From contig CAWKDB010000011.1 in assembly GCA_963848295.1 (NCBI GenBank), positions 416,001 to 480,000 on the forward strand: a stretch of DNA of 64,000 nucleotides, written 5' to 3'. Under the pieces are notes generated by a model, which saw only the letters and a list, made by a program, of their open reading frames with translations, was not told where the DNA came from and made no database searches. The stretch is from an uncultured delta proteobacterium. Its GTDB lineage: Bacteria; Myxococcota_A; Polyangia; Haliangiales; Haliangiaceae. Of this stretch, positions 10,568 to 20,806 are shown one piece after another. Position 1 is the first letter of the stretch. Every line of letters begins with the position of its first letter. Made by a program: the position numbers and the translations under genes.

Positions 10568-11323
10568 CTAGAACCTGAGATGACCGACGTACGGATGATA
10601 TCGACCATCCGCATCAACCTCGTCGTTGTACGGCGTGACCTCGTCGTTGCCGGTGAACAGCTGCGCGACCGCGGTGATCGGCGTCTGCGATCGGCTCACC
10701 ACGATCAGCTGCGGGGTGCAGCTCGGTGCCGCGGCAGCGCCGAGCCCACACACCTGGATGAGCTCGCCGTCCCGCGCGAAGTCCCGGAACCCGACATCGC
10801 GCGGCGTGCGGTAGAACAGCACGAGCTCCTCGGCGCCACCCTTGACCGCATCGATGAATGACAGCGTCGGTACCCGAAAGTACATGGGCCGGTCGCGGTG
10901 AAACGGCGTGCACGAGTGGTGTGGCCGGTCACAGGGCGGGAAGTACTCGGTGTCTTCCTTGCCGTCGGTCCCGAGGAAGGTCGCGTACCACTGTCCAGCG
11001 ACGTTCGCGAACAACGCGAAGTGGCTCGTGTCTGCGTACGCTCGGTCGCGGTCGCGGACCGCACCGATCTCGACGCCGCGCCAACCGCGTCCGGATCGCG
11101 CCGTTGCTTCGACGCGATACGTGGCACACGAACCTCGCGCGCCGAGGACTTGTTCGCAAGCGAGCGCGCGCGTGGCGAACGGACCGGCGAGCGCGATCCC
11201 CGGGACGTCCGCTGGCTTCACTTCGAGTGCAGCCGGGGTTGCGCCGACTACCGCCGCATCGACGCCTGCCAGGGACACGAGCCCAGCAGCGACGATTCCA
11301 ATGCGCACGCCTCGCAGTAGCAT
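10568..11323 (-). CDS. Hypothetical exported protein
   Basis: Signal-peptide-like N-terminus, paired Cys residues, fills the gap between neighbours. Confidence 0.6.
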   Translation of the reverse strand: MLLRGVRIGIVAAGLVSLAGVDAAVVGATPAALEVKPADVPGIALAGPFATRALACEQVLGARGSCATYRVEATARSGRGWRGVEIGAVRDRDRAYADTSHFALFANVAGQWYATFLGTDGKEDTEYFPPCDRPHHSCTPFHRDRPMYFRVPTLSFIDAVKGGAEELVLFYRTPRDVGFRDFARDGELIQVCGLGAAAAPSCTPQLIVVSRSQTPITAVAQLFTGNDEVTPYNDEVDADGRYHPYVGHLRF

Positions 11324-11428
11324 TCGCGCACACTCGGCGCCATGAAATCGCTGGTCGCCTTGGTGCCGCGGTGCCGCAGCTGATCCGGCTGCGGATGCGA
11401 GCCGTGACGGCGCCGTGAGCCCGACGGG

Positions 11429-12367
11429 TTACCTCACGCTCGTGACCGGGGTCGTCGACTGGATCACGGCGACGAAGTCGAACGTCGCGGTGATGAAGTG
11501 CCCGCCGACGTAGATTCCCGGTGTCGCGGTGAGCGCGAGCCCCGAACCGGCGACGCTCTGGATCCCGCCATCGACGTAGCCCTCGATCGCGAGCGTCTGA
11601 GAGGACACCGACTCGTCGATCTGCACCGCCCATGGCCCGAGCTCGAGCGGCGCGGGCAACGTGACCGAGCCGAGCGTTCCCGGCGACGTGATGCCCGTCG
11701 ATGCAATGTGAAACGTGCTGGTCGTCGCGCCGCTGTCGATCAGCTCGAAGTAGTAGTAGCTCGAGCCGCTGGGCGACCTGCTGAAGGACACGGTCAGGTT
11801 GTGAAAGCTCGCGCCCGAGACGAGTGCTTCGATCATGCCGCCGGTCACGATCCGGATCTCGCCGGTCGGGATCGAGCCATCATAGGCATTCGCCGCCGCG
11901 ACGATCGACGTGATCTCGAGCGCATCGTTCGCGACCGTGTCCATCGAATCCAGCGTCCAATCCATCGGCTGCTGCGCGAAGGTCTCGAACAGCAACCATT
12001 TCTGCTCGGCGATGTCGGGCTCTGGGTCGCAGGCGTCGCCGACGCCATCGCCATCGCTATCGTCGGCGTTGCCCGGGAGATACGGGCACGGATCGCACGC
12101 GTCGCCGAGGCCATCGGCATCTTCGTCGTGTTGATCGGCGTTGGCGACGGTCGGACAGTTGTCGATCGCGTCGGGGATGCCGTCGCCGTCGCTATCGGGA
12201 CCGGGCACCGCATCGATCGAGCTGTCGGCGATCACCGTCCCCGCCGGCTCGCACGCGTGGCTGACGCACACGAGCTGGTCCGGGCACGTGGTGTCGCATG
12301 CCGAGCCGACCAGGTCGTGCGACGCGTAGCACCCGGCCAGAGCGACGACCACGAGCGCGCGCGACAC
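11429..12367 (-). CDS. Thrombospondin type-3 repeat lipoprotein
   Basis: Lipobox [46 protein letters not shown]. Confidence 0.85.
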   Translation of the reverse strand: MSRALVVVALAGCYASHDLVGSACDTTCPDQLVCVSHACEPAGTVIADSSIDAVPGPDSDGDGIPDAIDNCPTVANADQHDEDADGLGDACDPCPYLPGNADDSDGDGVGDACDPEPDIAEQKWLLFETFAQQPMDWTLDSMDTVANDALEITSIVAAANAYDGSIPTGEIRIVTGGMIEALVSGASFHNLTVSFSRSPSGSSYYYFELIDSGATTSTFHIASTGITSPGTLGSVTLPAPLELGPWAVQIDESVSSQTLAIEGYVDGGIQSVAGSGLALTATPGIYVGGHFITATFDFVAVIQSTTPVTSVR

Positions 12368-12419
12368 GACGTCGAGGATACCCTTGCGGCGTCCCCAGCG
12401 GGGCTGCTACGTCAGGCGC

Positions 12420-13337
12420 ATGACTGAACGCATCGTCCACGTCTGCAACGGCGACAGCACCGCCGGCTCGCTCGAGCTCGCCGAGCTGCCTGGCGAGATC
12501 GTGGTGTGGGCCGACGCCCTCGATCAAGGGCCGTTGCTGCCGGTCGGTGACGCCGAGCACTACGCCGCGCGCGCGGCGTTCTGGGCAGAACGTGGACAGC
12601 CCAGTACGAGCGAACGTCTCGCGCAGTACGACCGAGACTTCGACGCCGCCGCGAGCGCCGACGAGCTCGTGCTGTGGTTCGAGCACGATCTGTTCGATCA
12701 GCTCGCGCTATGCCGACTGCTCGCCCGGCTATCGCGCCGCGGGATGCCGGCGACGCTGTCGATCGTCTCGATCGATCGCCACCCCGAGATCGCGACTTTC
12801 ATCGGCCTGGGCCAGCTCGAGCCAGAGCAGCTCGCCGCGCTGTGGCCCCGGCGCACGCCGCTGTCGCGCGATGCGATCGACGAAGCGATCACCGCGTGGA
12901 TCGCGGTGACCTCGGCCGATCCGCGCGCGCTGCCGTACCTGACCCGCCGGATCAAGGCGATGCCGTTTCTCGCCGGCGCGCTCGAGCGCCAGCTCGAAGA
13001 GCTACCGGATGCGACGAGCGGGATGACGCGGACCGAGCGTCAGCTACTCGCCGCGATCGCACGCAGCGAAGCCGAGCTGGTGCCGGCGTTGCAAGCGATC
13101 GATCCGCGCTATCCGATCACCGATGTCGTGCTTGCGGCGACGCAGCAAGCGCTCGCCCGCTGCGGGTTCGTGGACGGGTCTGGCCAGGTCACGCCGCTCG
13201 GCCGTCAGGCGCTCTCCGGCGCGATCGATCGCGTGCACGAGTGCGGCATCGACGATTGGCGCGGCGCGGTTCGGCTCGCCGGCCGCGGCCCGGTGTGGCG
13301 GTGGGACAGCCGCGAGCGCAAGCTGTTCGAGAAGTAA
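12420..13337 (+). CDS. DUF1835-like domain protein
   Basis: VHVCNGDSTAGSL, DALDQGP, LVLWFEHDLFDQL, ELPDATSGMTRTE, DDWRGAVRL motifs. Confidence 0.75.
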   Translation: MTERIVHVCNGDSTAGSLELAELPGEIVVWADALDQGPLLPVGDAEHYAARAAFWAERGQPSTSERLAQYDRDFDAAASADELVLWFEHDLFDQLALCRLLARLSRRGMPATLSIVSIDRHPEIATFIGLGQLEPEQLAALWPRRTPLSRDAIDEAITAWIAVTSADPRALPYLTRRIKAMPFLAGALERQLEELPDATSGMTRTERQLLAAIARSEAELVPALQAIDPRYPITDVVLAATQQALARCGFVDGSGQVTPLGRQALSGAIDRVHECGIDDWRGAVRLAGRGPVWRWDSRERKLFEK

Positions 13338-13667
13338 CTACGCGACCGCGAGTCTCTCGACGACGCCGTCCATCGTGCCGGCGAGCATGTGTCGCCACAT
13401 CCGGAGATCGCCGCGCAGCGACCACACCGCGAACTTCGCGCTCCCCCATGTCGCGGGCTTGTTCTTCTCGAACACGAAGTGCCCGAACCACGCGAAGCCA
13501 TAGCCGGCGATCGGCGCGGCGAGCAAGGCTTGCGGGACGAACGGCGCGACCGCGACGCAGCCCATCGCGAGCGACGTGCCGATGAAGTGGAGCTGGCGCG
13601 ACGTCTTGTTGCGATGCTGCGAGACGTAGTACGGCCAGAATTCTTCGAAGCTCTGTGGAGCGCTCAT
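13338..13667 (-). CDS. DUF962 (Mpo1-like) membrane protein
   Basis: SFEEFWPYYVSQH, LHFIGT, GYGFAWFGHFVFEKNKPAT. Confidence 0.9.
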   Translation of the reverse strand: MSAPQSFEEFWPYYVSQHRNKTSRQLHFIGTSLAMGCVAVAPFVPQALLAAPIAGYGFAWFGHFVFEKNKPATWGSAKFAVWSLRGDLRMWRHMLAGTMDGVVERLAVA

Positions 13668-13921
13668 GGCCGCGAGATAGCGCGGCCATCCGGCGGTGTC
13701 ACCGATGGATCGACGCCACCAGGCGCAGGAAATGGCTCGCGCCTTGGATAACTCGATGAGCAGTGCGGGAGCTGAAGGCTAGCCATTTAGGCGGAATTGC
13801 CCGAGATCTCGGCGGGGTCACTACGCACCAGTTGGGGTCTGGGGTCCCAGATCCGGGGCCACGCAACCCATACACAACACGAGGTTACCAATGTTCGCGC
13901 CCAGGCACGTAACTTGTACAC

Positions 13922-14740
<819 letters not shown>

Positions 14741-14761
14741 CTACAGCTCATGCGCATCGCG

Positions 14762-14791
14762 ACGGCCCGCCCTGCGGGCCGTTTGCGTTTT
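14762..14791 (+). terminator. Putative intrinsic terminator
   Basis: ACGGCCCGC-CCT-GCGGGCCGT stem followed by TTGCGTTTT, about 20 bp after the stop codon. Confidence 0.6.
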
Positions 14792-14801
14792 CGGAAATGG
14801 T

Positions 14802-14868
14802 GACGCTGTCTCTATTGTCAACTTGCGTCGAAGAAGTCTGGGGACGGTGTCGCTATTGTCAACTTGCG
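14802..14868. repeat. 26-bp direct repeat pair
   Basis: GACGCTGTCTCTATTGTCAACTTGCG (14802-14827) and GACGGTGTCGCTATTGTCAACTTGCG (14843-14868); 2 mismatches. Confidence 0.85.
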
Positions 14869-14953
14869 AGACACGAGGGGACTTGGAGTCCCTTGGCCGT
14901 AAAGCACATCGCGTCCCTGCTAGCGCCGGGGACGCGACACGACGGACAGCGGC

Positions 14954-15940
14954 TCAATCGCAGACCGGGAGCTCTTCGCAGCTGGATAGCTCGCCCGAGT
15001 CCTCGCAGAAGCTACTGACGCAGTCGTTGTTGGTATCGCAGATCGCGCCATCGGCGAACAGCGCGATGCAGGTCCCCGACGGCGCATCGCAGAACGCGTC
15101 GGCCTCGCAGCGCTCGCTGCACGGCGAGCCGATGTCGGGGGCATCCGCGCACAGGCCGGACCCGGCATCGCAGACGCCGTACGGCGAACAGTCGGCGGCG
15201 CCGGTGCATGGGGCGCCGGTGAGCCCGACCGGCTCGCAAATCTTCGACGCGTTGCAGTGATCGCCGATCTCAGCGCACAGCCCGTTCGGACACGGCTGGC
15301 CGTCCGCGGCAGCGGCGTAGCATGTGCCCGGGAACGTCGCGGTCGAGCACGCGAGCCCGTACACGCAATCGGCGTCGATGTAACAGTTGTCGCCTTGGTT
15401 CCCGAACGCGACGCATACCTTATCGATCGTGCAGTACGAACCAGCGACGCAATCCGCCGTGATGTTGCACGCGTCTCCGATCGCCGCTGCGCCCGCGACC
15501 GCGCACGTGCCGGCGCAACAAGCGGACGGATCACAGTTGCTGCCGAGGGCGCACCGCCCGGAGTCGCACTCGGAGTCGAGGAAGCACGGATCTGCGATCG
15601 CGCCATCGCCGGTGAAGACCTCAGCGCACACCGCAGGCGGCAGGCGAGCGCCCTCGGTCGAGCCGTCGCACGTGATCCCGGCGAGCGCGTTGACGCAGCC
15701 GTTCGCAGCCTCGCCGTCGTAGTGGACCTTGCCGGCGGTGACCGCGGCGTCGAGGCTGGTGTTCGGGACGAGCTTGAAGAACGCAAGGCACGCCGTCGAG
15801 CTCTCGAACAGCCCACAGCGAACCAACCGCGTGCACTGCGCCGCGACCTGACGCGACGCGAAGTCATCGTATGCGATCGTCGGAGCCGGCTTACACGCGG
15901 CAACTGCGAGCAACACGCCTGCAATCCGCGAGCACCTCAC
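14954..15940 (-). CDS. Cys-rich repeat lipoprotein (Dickkopf-like myxobacterial repeats)
   Basis: Lipobox VAAC; repeated G..C....C..G..C units. Confidence 0.8.
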   Translation of the reverse strand: MRCSRIAGVLLAVAACKPAPTIAYDDFASRQVAAQCTRLVRCGLFESSTACLAFFKLVPNTSLDAAVTAGKVHYDGEAANGCVNALAGITCDGSTEGARLPPAVCAEVFTGDGAIADPCFLDSECDSGRCALGSNCDPSACCAGTCAVAGAAAIGDACNITADCVAGSYCTIDKVCVAFGNQGDNCYIDADCVYGLACSTATFPGTCYAAAADGQPCPNGLCAEIGDHCNASKICEPVGLTGAPCTGAADCSPYGVCDAGSGLCADAPDIGSPCSERCEADAFCDAPSGTCIALFADGAICDTNNDCVSSFCEDSGELSSCEELPVCD

Positions 15941-15968
15941 TCGAGCGATGGTACCCGAACGCCGGTGA

Positions 15969-16250
15969 CTACGGCTTGCCCATGACTTTGCGGACCCACG
16001 AACGCGCCTGGACGACCCCGCCGCTGACTCCGCTCATCCAGCTCGACCGGCCGGTCGCCTTCGCGATCTTGGGGCCGAAGAAGTACAGCGCCGCCGCCCA
16101 CGCCACCACGAGGACGTAGACCGCCAAGCTCATGCCGGGCACGACCATCGCGAGCAGTAACGCCCCGGCGGTCAGCACCGCGACCACGATGCCCAGCCGT
16201 AGCCCGAGGTACCAGGCCGTCAAACCACCGACGATCAGCGCGGGAATCAC
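15969..16250 (-). CDS. Small hypothetical membrane protein
   Basis: Three hydrophobic segments; same strand as and contiguous with its neighbours. Confidence 0.7.
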   Translation of the reverse strand: MIPALIVGGLTAWYLGLRLGIVVAVLTAGALLLAMVVPGMSLAVYVLVVAWAAALYFFGPKIAKATGRSSWMSGVSGGVVQARSWVRKVMGKP

Positions 16251-16288
16251 AGCCCAAGGCTAGCACGCCGGCGGGCCGCAACCAGGGC

Positions 16289-17776
16289 TTACTCGAGGCG
16301 CTCGCGGCACGGAAAGTCGCAGTTCTTGCGGTGGCTGCAGTCGTACGCGCAGCCTGCGGCGAGCGCGAACAGCGCGAGCACCTCGTCGGCCGGCCCGGTC
16401 GGCACGAGCTTGCGGGCGGCCCGGCTCGAGATGACCAGCGCGGCGGCATCGCTCGCGTACGGCGTGGTCGTGAAGCCGAGCCGAAACAGCGTGTCGCGAA
16501 CGATGCGATGCGGCGTGACCGTGAAGTCGGCGAGGTCGTCGTAGCGAATCACGCCGAGCCGCGCGAGCATGTCCATGATCCAGAACAGCTCGACGCGAAA
16601 CAAGCCGCGACCGAGCGCGGTATCGAGCGCGGCGAACGCGGCGGCGGCCGAGCCCTTGCCGTCGAGACCCGCCGCGAGCTCCGGCGCTTCGGCGCAGCGC
16701 CGAGCCGCGAGCGACGCCAGCATCAGCGCGCGCGCATCGATCTGCGCGGGCAGCGTCTCGGGCACCGTCCCTTGGTAGAGGTCGGCGAGCACGCCGGCTT
16801 TGTCGAGCGCGGTGTAGGCGGCGATCACGCCGACGCGATCGCGGTCGAGCCGGAACGCGAGCGCCGATGCCACCGCGATGCGATAGAGCACTTCGTCGGC
16901 TTGCTCGACCCAGCTCTCGGCGTCGATCCCGAAGTCCGACGGCTGATAACCGAGCGGCTGCTGCTCGAACTCGCTCCACCACGCCCCGATCCGCGCTTGC
17001 GATTCGGCGAGCACGTCGTCGGGGAAGCCCGCGGCGAACCGCGAGGTCGCGACCGGGCGCTCGCGATTGCGCGGCGACGGCACACCGTCGGCAGATAACT
17101 GGCGCAACGGCGCCGGCAACGGCGAGCCCGAAGGCGCCGACGCCGCGACCGGGATCGAGTGCTCCGCCGGACCGACCTCGGCCGGGGCGGATTCTTCGTC
17201 GGCGACGGTGGGGATCACCGGCTCGGGCTCCGGCTTGTCCTCGGCGAGGAACTCGTCGACGTCGAGCGCCGCCGCGAGCTGCTGATAGCGATCGATGCGC
17301 GGGCCCGCCGCGACCGCGACCCCGACGGTGCGCAACAGGCCGCACGTCAGCGCGATCTGGAGCCACAGCTCGAGCCCGGGTCGCGACGGCACGACGCCGT
17401 GGTAGTGCGCCGACGCGAGGTGCTTGTAGACTTCGTCCTTGTGATACGCGCGCGTGCCGACGAGGTCGATGACGGTCTTGCCGAGCAACGCGTTGAGGTG
17501 CCACAGCCGGTCGAGCACGGCCGTCGCGATCGCGTCATCGTTCGCCGCGCCCGCGAGCTCCTGGGTGAACAGCGACGGCATGACGGTCGCGCCACCGACG
17601 CCAAGAAACCGGAGCAGCGCCGCCGGTCGCTCGCGATCCCACAGCTTCGCGGCGCGCAGCCGGCTGCGGAGCTCGCGATACGGCTCGCCCTTCGCGGGCA
17701 GCTCCTTGCAGACCTTGACGACGACCGGCAGCATCGTGCGCCAGTCGATCGGCGGCAGCTCGATGACCTGAGGCAT
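16289..17776 (-). CDS. Hypothetical protein: winged-helix-like N-terminus, HhH-GPD/EndoIII-like C-terminus with a 4-Cys tail
   Basis: Start MPQVIELPP; TPHRIVRDTLFRLGF and CAYDCSHRKNCDFPC at the C-terminus. Domain calls are by-eye inference. Confidence 0.7.
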   Translation of the reverse strand: MPQVIELPPIDWRTMLPVVVKVCKELPAKGEPYRELRSRLRAAKLWDRERPAALLRFLGVGGATVMPSLFTQELAGAANDDAIATAVLDRLWHLNALLGKTVIDLVGTRAYHKDEVYKHLASAHYHGVVPSRPGLELWLQIALTCGLLRTVGVAVAAGPRIDRYQQLAAALDVDEFLAEDKPEPEPVIPTVADEESAPAEVGPAEHSIPVAASAPSGSPLPAPLRQLSADGVPSPRNRERPVATSRFAAGFPDDVLAESQARIGAWWSEFEQQPLGYQPSDFGIDAESWVEQADEVLYRIAVASALAFRLDRDRVGVIAAYTALDKAGVLADLYQGTVPETLPAQIDARALMLASLAARRCAEAPELAAGLDGKGSAAAAFAALDTALGRGLFRVELFWIMDMLARLGVIRYDDLADFTVTPHRIVRDTLFRLGFTTTPYASDAAALVISSRAARKLVPTGPADEVLALFALAAGCAYDCSHRKNCDFPCRERLE

Positions 17777-17864
17777 CGCGCCAAGATTACACGATCTATC
17801 GTTGGTAACCGCGGCGAGAGCCGGCGGATGGGCGGTGATCGATGTGCGATAATCCAGGCACGAC

Positions 17865-18899
17865 ATGCGAAGCCTGAAGCGGCTCGTCGGTGCGGCAGCG
17901 AGCGTGTTCGCGGTCGGGCTCGGCCAGGCGCTCGCTGGTCGCCGCCGCGCCGCGATCGTCTGGGCGCTCGCGCGCGTCGTGACCGCGGCACTCGCGATCG
18001 TCTCGGTGTGGTTCGGCGTGCTGTCGCTGACCATCGCGCTCGCCGGCGCGATCGATGCGTACCAGTGCCTGACCAAGGCCGACCGCATCGAGCTCCTCGA
18101 TCCGGTCGCGCTTGGCATCGTGCCGTTCACGATCGTGTCGGTGTTGGCGACCCACTGGTTCGTCGTCGAGGGCTACCGGATCCCGACGAGCTCGATGTAT
18201 CCGACGCTGTGGCTCGAGGATCGGGTCTACGTCGACAAGCTGTCGCCGCGCTGGCATCCGCTCCAGCCGGGCGAGATCGTGGCGTTCGTCTATCCGTGCG
18301 ATCACAGCGAGGACTACATCAAGCGCGTGATCGCGGTCGCCGGCGATCGCGTCGAGCTGCGCTGCAGCAAGCTCTACGTCAACGACCAGCTCGTCCCCGA
18401 GCGGCTCGTGAGCGAGAGCTACGACTACGAGGATCGCCGCGATGACGGCAACTGGATGACCGCGCACGCGAGCGAGTACCGCGAGAGCCTCGGCGGCCAC
18501 GACTTCGACGTGCTGCTCGATCCGAGTCGACCGGCGCGCGATCGCCAGCTCGCCGCCGGCAACTACTCGCAGCGAGCCCCGAACGACTTCCCGCTCCTGA
18601 ACGGCAATCCGTTTCCGCCGAGCTGCCGCCGCACAGCAGAGCCCGGCGGCGCGCGCGAGCAAGTGCTCGGCAAGCTGATCGTGACCAAGCCCGCCGCCGT
18701 GGCGCAGCCGTGCGAGCTGCAAGCTCACTACGTCGTGCCCCCGGATTCGCTGTTCGTGCTCGGCGACAACCGCGCGAACTCGAACGACTCGCGGGTGTGG
18801 GGTGCGGTGCCGGTGGCGCTCGTGATCGGCCGGGTCACGTCGGTGTTCTGGCACGGCGGGCGCGGCAGCTCGTGGTCGCGCATCGGCAGCGTCGAGTAG
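17865..18899 (+). CDS. lepB: Signal peptidase I
   Basis: IPTSSMYPTL (catalytic Ser), YIKRVI (catalytic Lys), FVLGDNRANSNDSRVWG. Confidence 0.92.
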   Translation: MRSLKRLVGAAASVFAVGLGQALAGRRRAAIVWALARVVTAALAIVSVWFGVLSLTIALAGAIDAYQCLTKADRIELLDPVALGIVPFTIVSVLATHWFVVEGYRIPTSSMYPTLWLEDRVYVDKLSPRWHPLQPGEIVAFVYPCDHSEDYIKRVIAVAGDRVELRCSKLYVNDQLVPERLVSESYDYEDRRDDGNWMTAHASEYRESLGGHDFDVLLDPSRPARDRQLAAGNYSQRAPNDFPLLNGNPFPPSCRRTAEPGGAREQVLGKLIVTKPAAVAQPCELQAHYVVPPDSLFVLGDNRANSNDSRVWGAVPVALVIGRVTSVFWHGGRGSSWSRIGSVE

Positions 18900-19511
18900 T
18901 CAGGCCGCGCGCGTCCACGCGACGTGATGATCGTCGAACGCGTGGCGCCAGTCGCCGCCCCATTCCCAGCCGAGCTCGTCGAACGCGGCGACGACCGGTC
19001 CCGGGCGCACGATCATGCCGGGGCGAATGTCGCGGCGATCGGCGAACGCGGCGCCGGCAGGCGGCTCGATGCGATCCGGCTTGCGCCACGGATTCTCGAC
19101 CGGGTTGAGATCGATCGCGCGACCGAGCGCATGGGCCGACAGGACGGTCGTCCCGGCGACGACGCGAAAGTTGAACGCCGACGAGTTGTCCGCCGCCATC
19201 GATGCATCGTCGGAGGCCGCGAAGTCATCGACCAGCCGGAGCGAACGGATCGGAAAGCCGAGCGTATACAACCGGCGGAACAACGTGACCGCGTGAGGCG
19301 CGATCGCGGCCGCGACGACGAGCTCGCCGCGCGCGACCCCGCCGTCCATCGCGACGTGATCGACCGTGAGGTAGGCGAGCTGCGCGAAGTCCGGGCACCG
19401 CGCATCGTCGTCGCGATGCGAGACGCGCCGCATGCGCGCTCGCACCTCCTCGGGCACCGGCGACACCGTCGCGGCGAAGGCTCGACTCGGCGGCGCGAAT
19501 AACGCGCCCAC
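18900..19511 (-). CDS. M15 family metallopeptidase (D-Ala-D-Ala/L-Ala-D-Glu peptidase-like)
   Basis: DNSSAFNFR, SAHALGRAIDLNP, WGGDW...DDHH; GTG start overlaps the upstream TAG (TAGTG). Confidence 0.88.
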   Translation of the reverse strand: MGALFAPPSRAFAATVSPVPEEVRARMRRVSHRDDDARCPDFAQLAYLTVDHVAMDGGVARGELVVAAAIAPHAVTLFRRLYTLGFPIRSLRLVDDFAASDDASMAADNSSAFNFRVVAGTTVLSAHALGRAIDLNPVENPWRKPDRIEPPAGAAFADRRDIRPGMIVRPGPVVAAFDELGWEWGGDWRHAFDDHHVAWTRAA

Positions 19512-20695
19512 TACTGGCTCGGCGATTCCGGATTCGCAGCCGGAGCCGGTGCCGTTCCCGCTGCCGCTGCCGTCCCCGATGCCGATGCCGGTGCCGTACC
19601 CGATGCCGATGCCGGTGCCGTACCCGATGCCGATGCCGGTGCCGTACCCGATGCCGATGCCGGTGCCGTACCCGATGCCGATGCCGCCGCCGCTGCCGGC
19701 TTCGCTGCCGCTGCCGTTCCCGCTGCCGCTGGCCGCGCAGCGATCGGCTGCGGCGGCGCGATCGGCGGGAGATGGACGAGCGTCGCACTCCGCCGCATCG
19801 CGAACAGCGCGAACGGATGTTGTGGATGCGCGGTCGCGAACTTGTCGTACTCGCCGCGCGCCTTGCCCCACTGGCCGGCGCGATCGAGCACCGAAGCGAG
19901 CTGGAATCGCGCGTCGTCCTCGGCGACCTCGGCCGCGATCGCGGCATCGAGCTGGGTGATCGCCGCCGGCAGCTCATTGACCCGACTCCGCGCGACCCCG
20001 ATCATGTAGTGCATCTCGGCGGCGCGTGGCCCGGTCGGCTCGATCGTCAACGCTTGTTCGAGCGGCGCGATCACTTCGCTGAACTTCTGCGCTTTGAATG
20101 CGGCGCTCGCCGTCTTCATCGCGGCGTCGACCGCGATCGTGCCGGCCTGCTTGACGCGTGCGACGAGCAACTCGCGCTCGGGCTTCGGGATCGGCGCGCC
20201 GTCGAGCTCGCCGAGGCGCTTGGCGGCCTCGGTTCGCTTGCCCGCTTCGAGCAGCGAGTAGAGCTCGAGCACCTTGGCATCGGCCGCATCGCGCGCCACC
20301 GCGCGGGTCGTCGCTTCGTCCGCCCGCCGGACAGCCGCATCGCGCTCGCTCGCGGCCTTGTCGCGGCCATCGACCAGATCCGCCGCTCGGCTGCGATAGA
20401 GCAAGTATGCGCCCGACGCGCACAGCGTCGTGAACACGAGGTACGCGACGAACGAGTTGAGGTTGAGCCCACGCGTCCGCCGGCGCTGGACCTCGACGAG
20501 CGCTCCGATCGACTCGGCGAGTTGACTGACCTGGAGCTGGGTGCGCCGGGTCTGCGAGACCTGGTCATCGAGCTTGCGGCGCAAGCCATCGAGCAGCGCC
20601 CAGCCGTCGGCGTCGTCGTGCGCGCCCGGATCGGCCTCCGGCGCCCCTGCTGGACGAGGCTCGGGCTCGGGCTCGGGCCGGGCGGCGACGGTCAT
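19511..20695 (-). CDS. Membrane-anchored coiled-coil/TPR protein (CpoB/YbgF-like C-terminus)
   Basis: Coiled coil, TM helix, TPR motifs (AEMHYMIGVA, DARFQLASVLD, YDKFATAHPQHPFA); ASASGTAP repeat tail. Confidence 0.8.
   Translation of the reverse strand: MTVAARPEPEPEPRPAGAPEADPGAHDDADGWALLDGLRRKLDDQVSQTRRTQLQVSQLAESIGALVEVQRRRTRGLNLNSFVAYLVFTTLCASGAYLLYRSRAADLVDGRDKAASERDAAVRRADEATTRAVARDAADAKVLELYSLLEAGKRTEAAKRLGELDGAPIPKPERELLVARVKQAGTIAVDAAMKTASAAFKAQKFSEVIAPLEQALTIEPTGPRAAEMHYMIGVARSRVNELPAAITQLDAAIAAEVAEDDARFQLASVLDRAGQWGKARGEYDKFATAHPQHPFALFAMRRSATLVHLPPIAPPQPIAARPAAAGTAAAAKPAAAAASASGTAPASASGTAPASASGTAPASASGTAPASASGTAAAAGTAPAPAANPESPSQ
19540..19731. repeat. Hexamer-based tandem repeat, including 4 copies of the 24-mer CCGATGCCGATGCCGGTGCCGTAC
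   Basis: Read directly; lies in the 3' end of the TPR gene. Confidence 0.9.
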
Positions 20696-20806
20696 CGCCC
20701 GTTCGTGCCCGGAAACCGCTGCCAAATCAAGCGCTCCGTTCGCATTGAGCACCCCCGTCGAGCCTGCTATGGTGCGCCGGCCCGAGTCTGCCTCGGGCGA
20801 GTTGAC

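Noticed and set aside
14802..14868. Mini-CRISPR
   Set aside because: Only two repeats with a 15-bp spacer and no cas genes.
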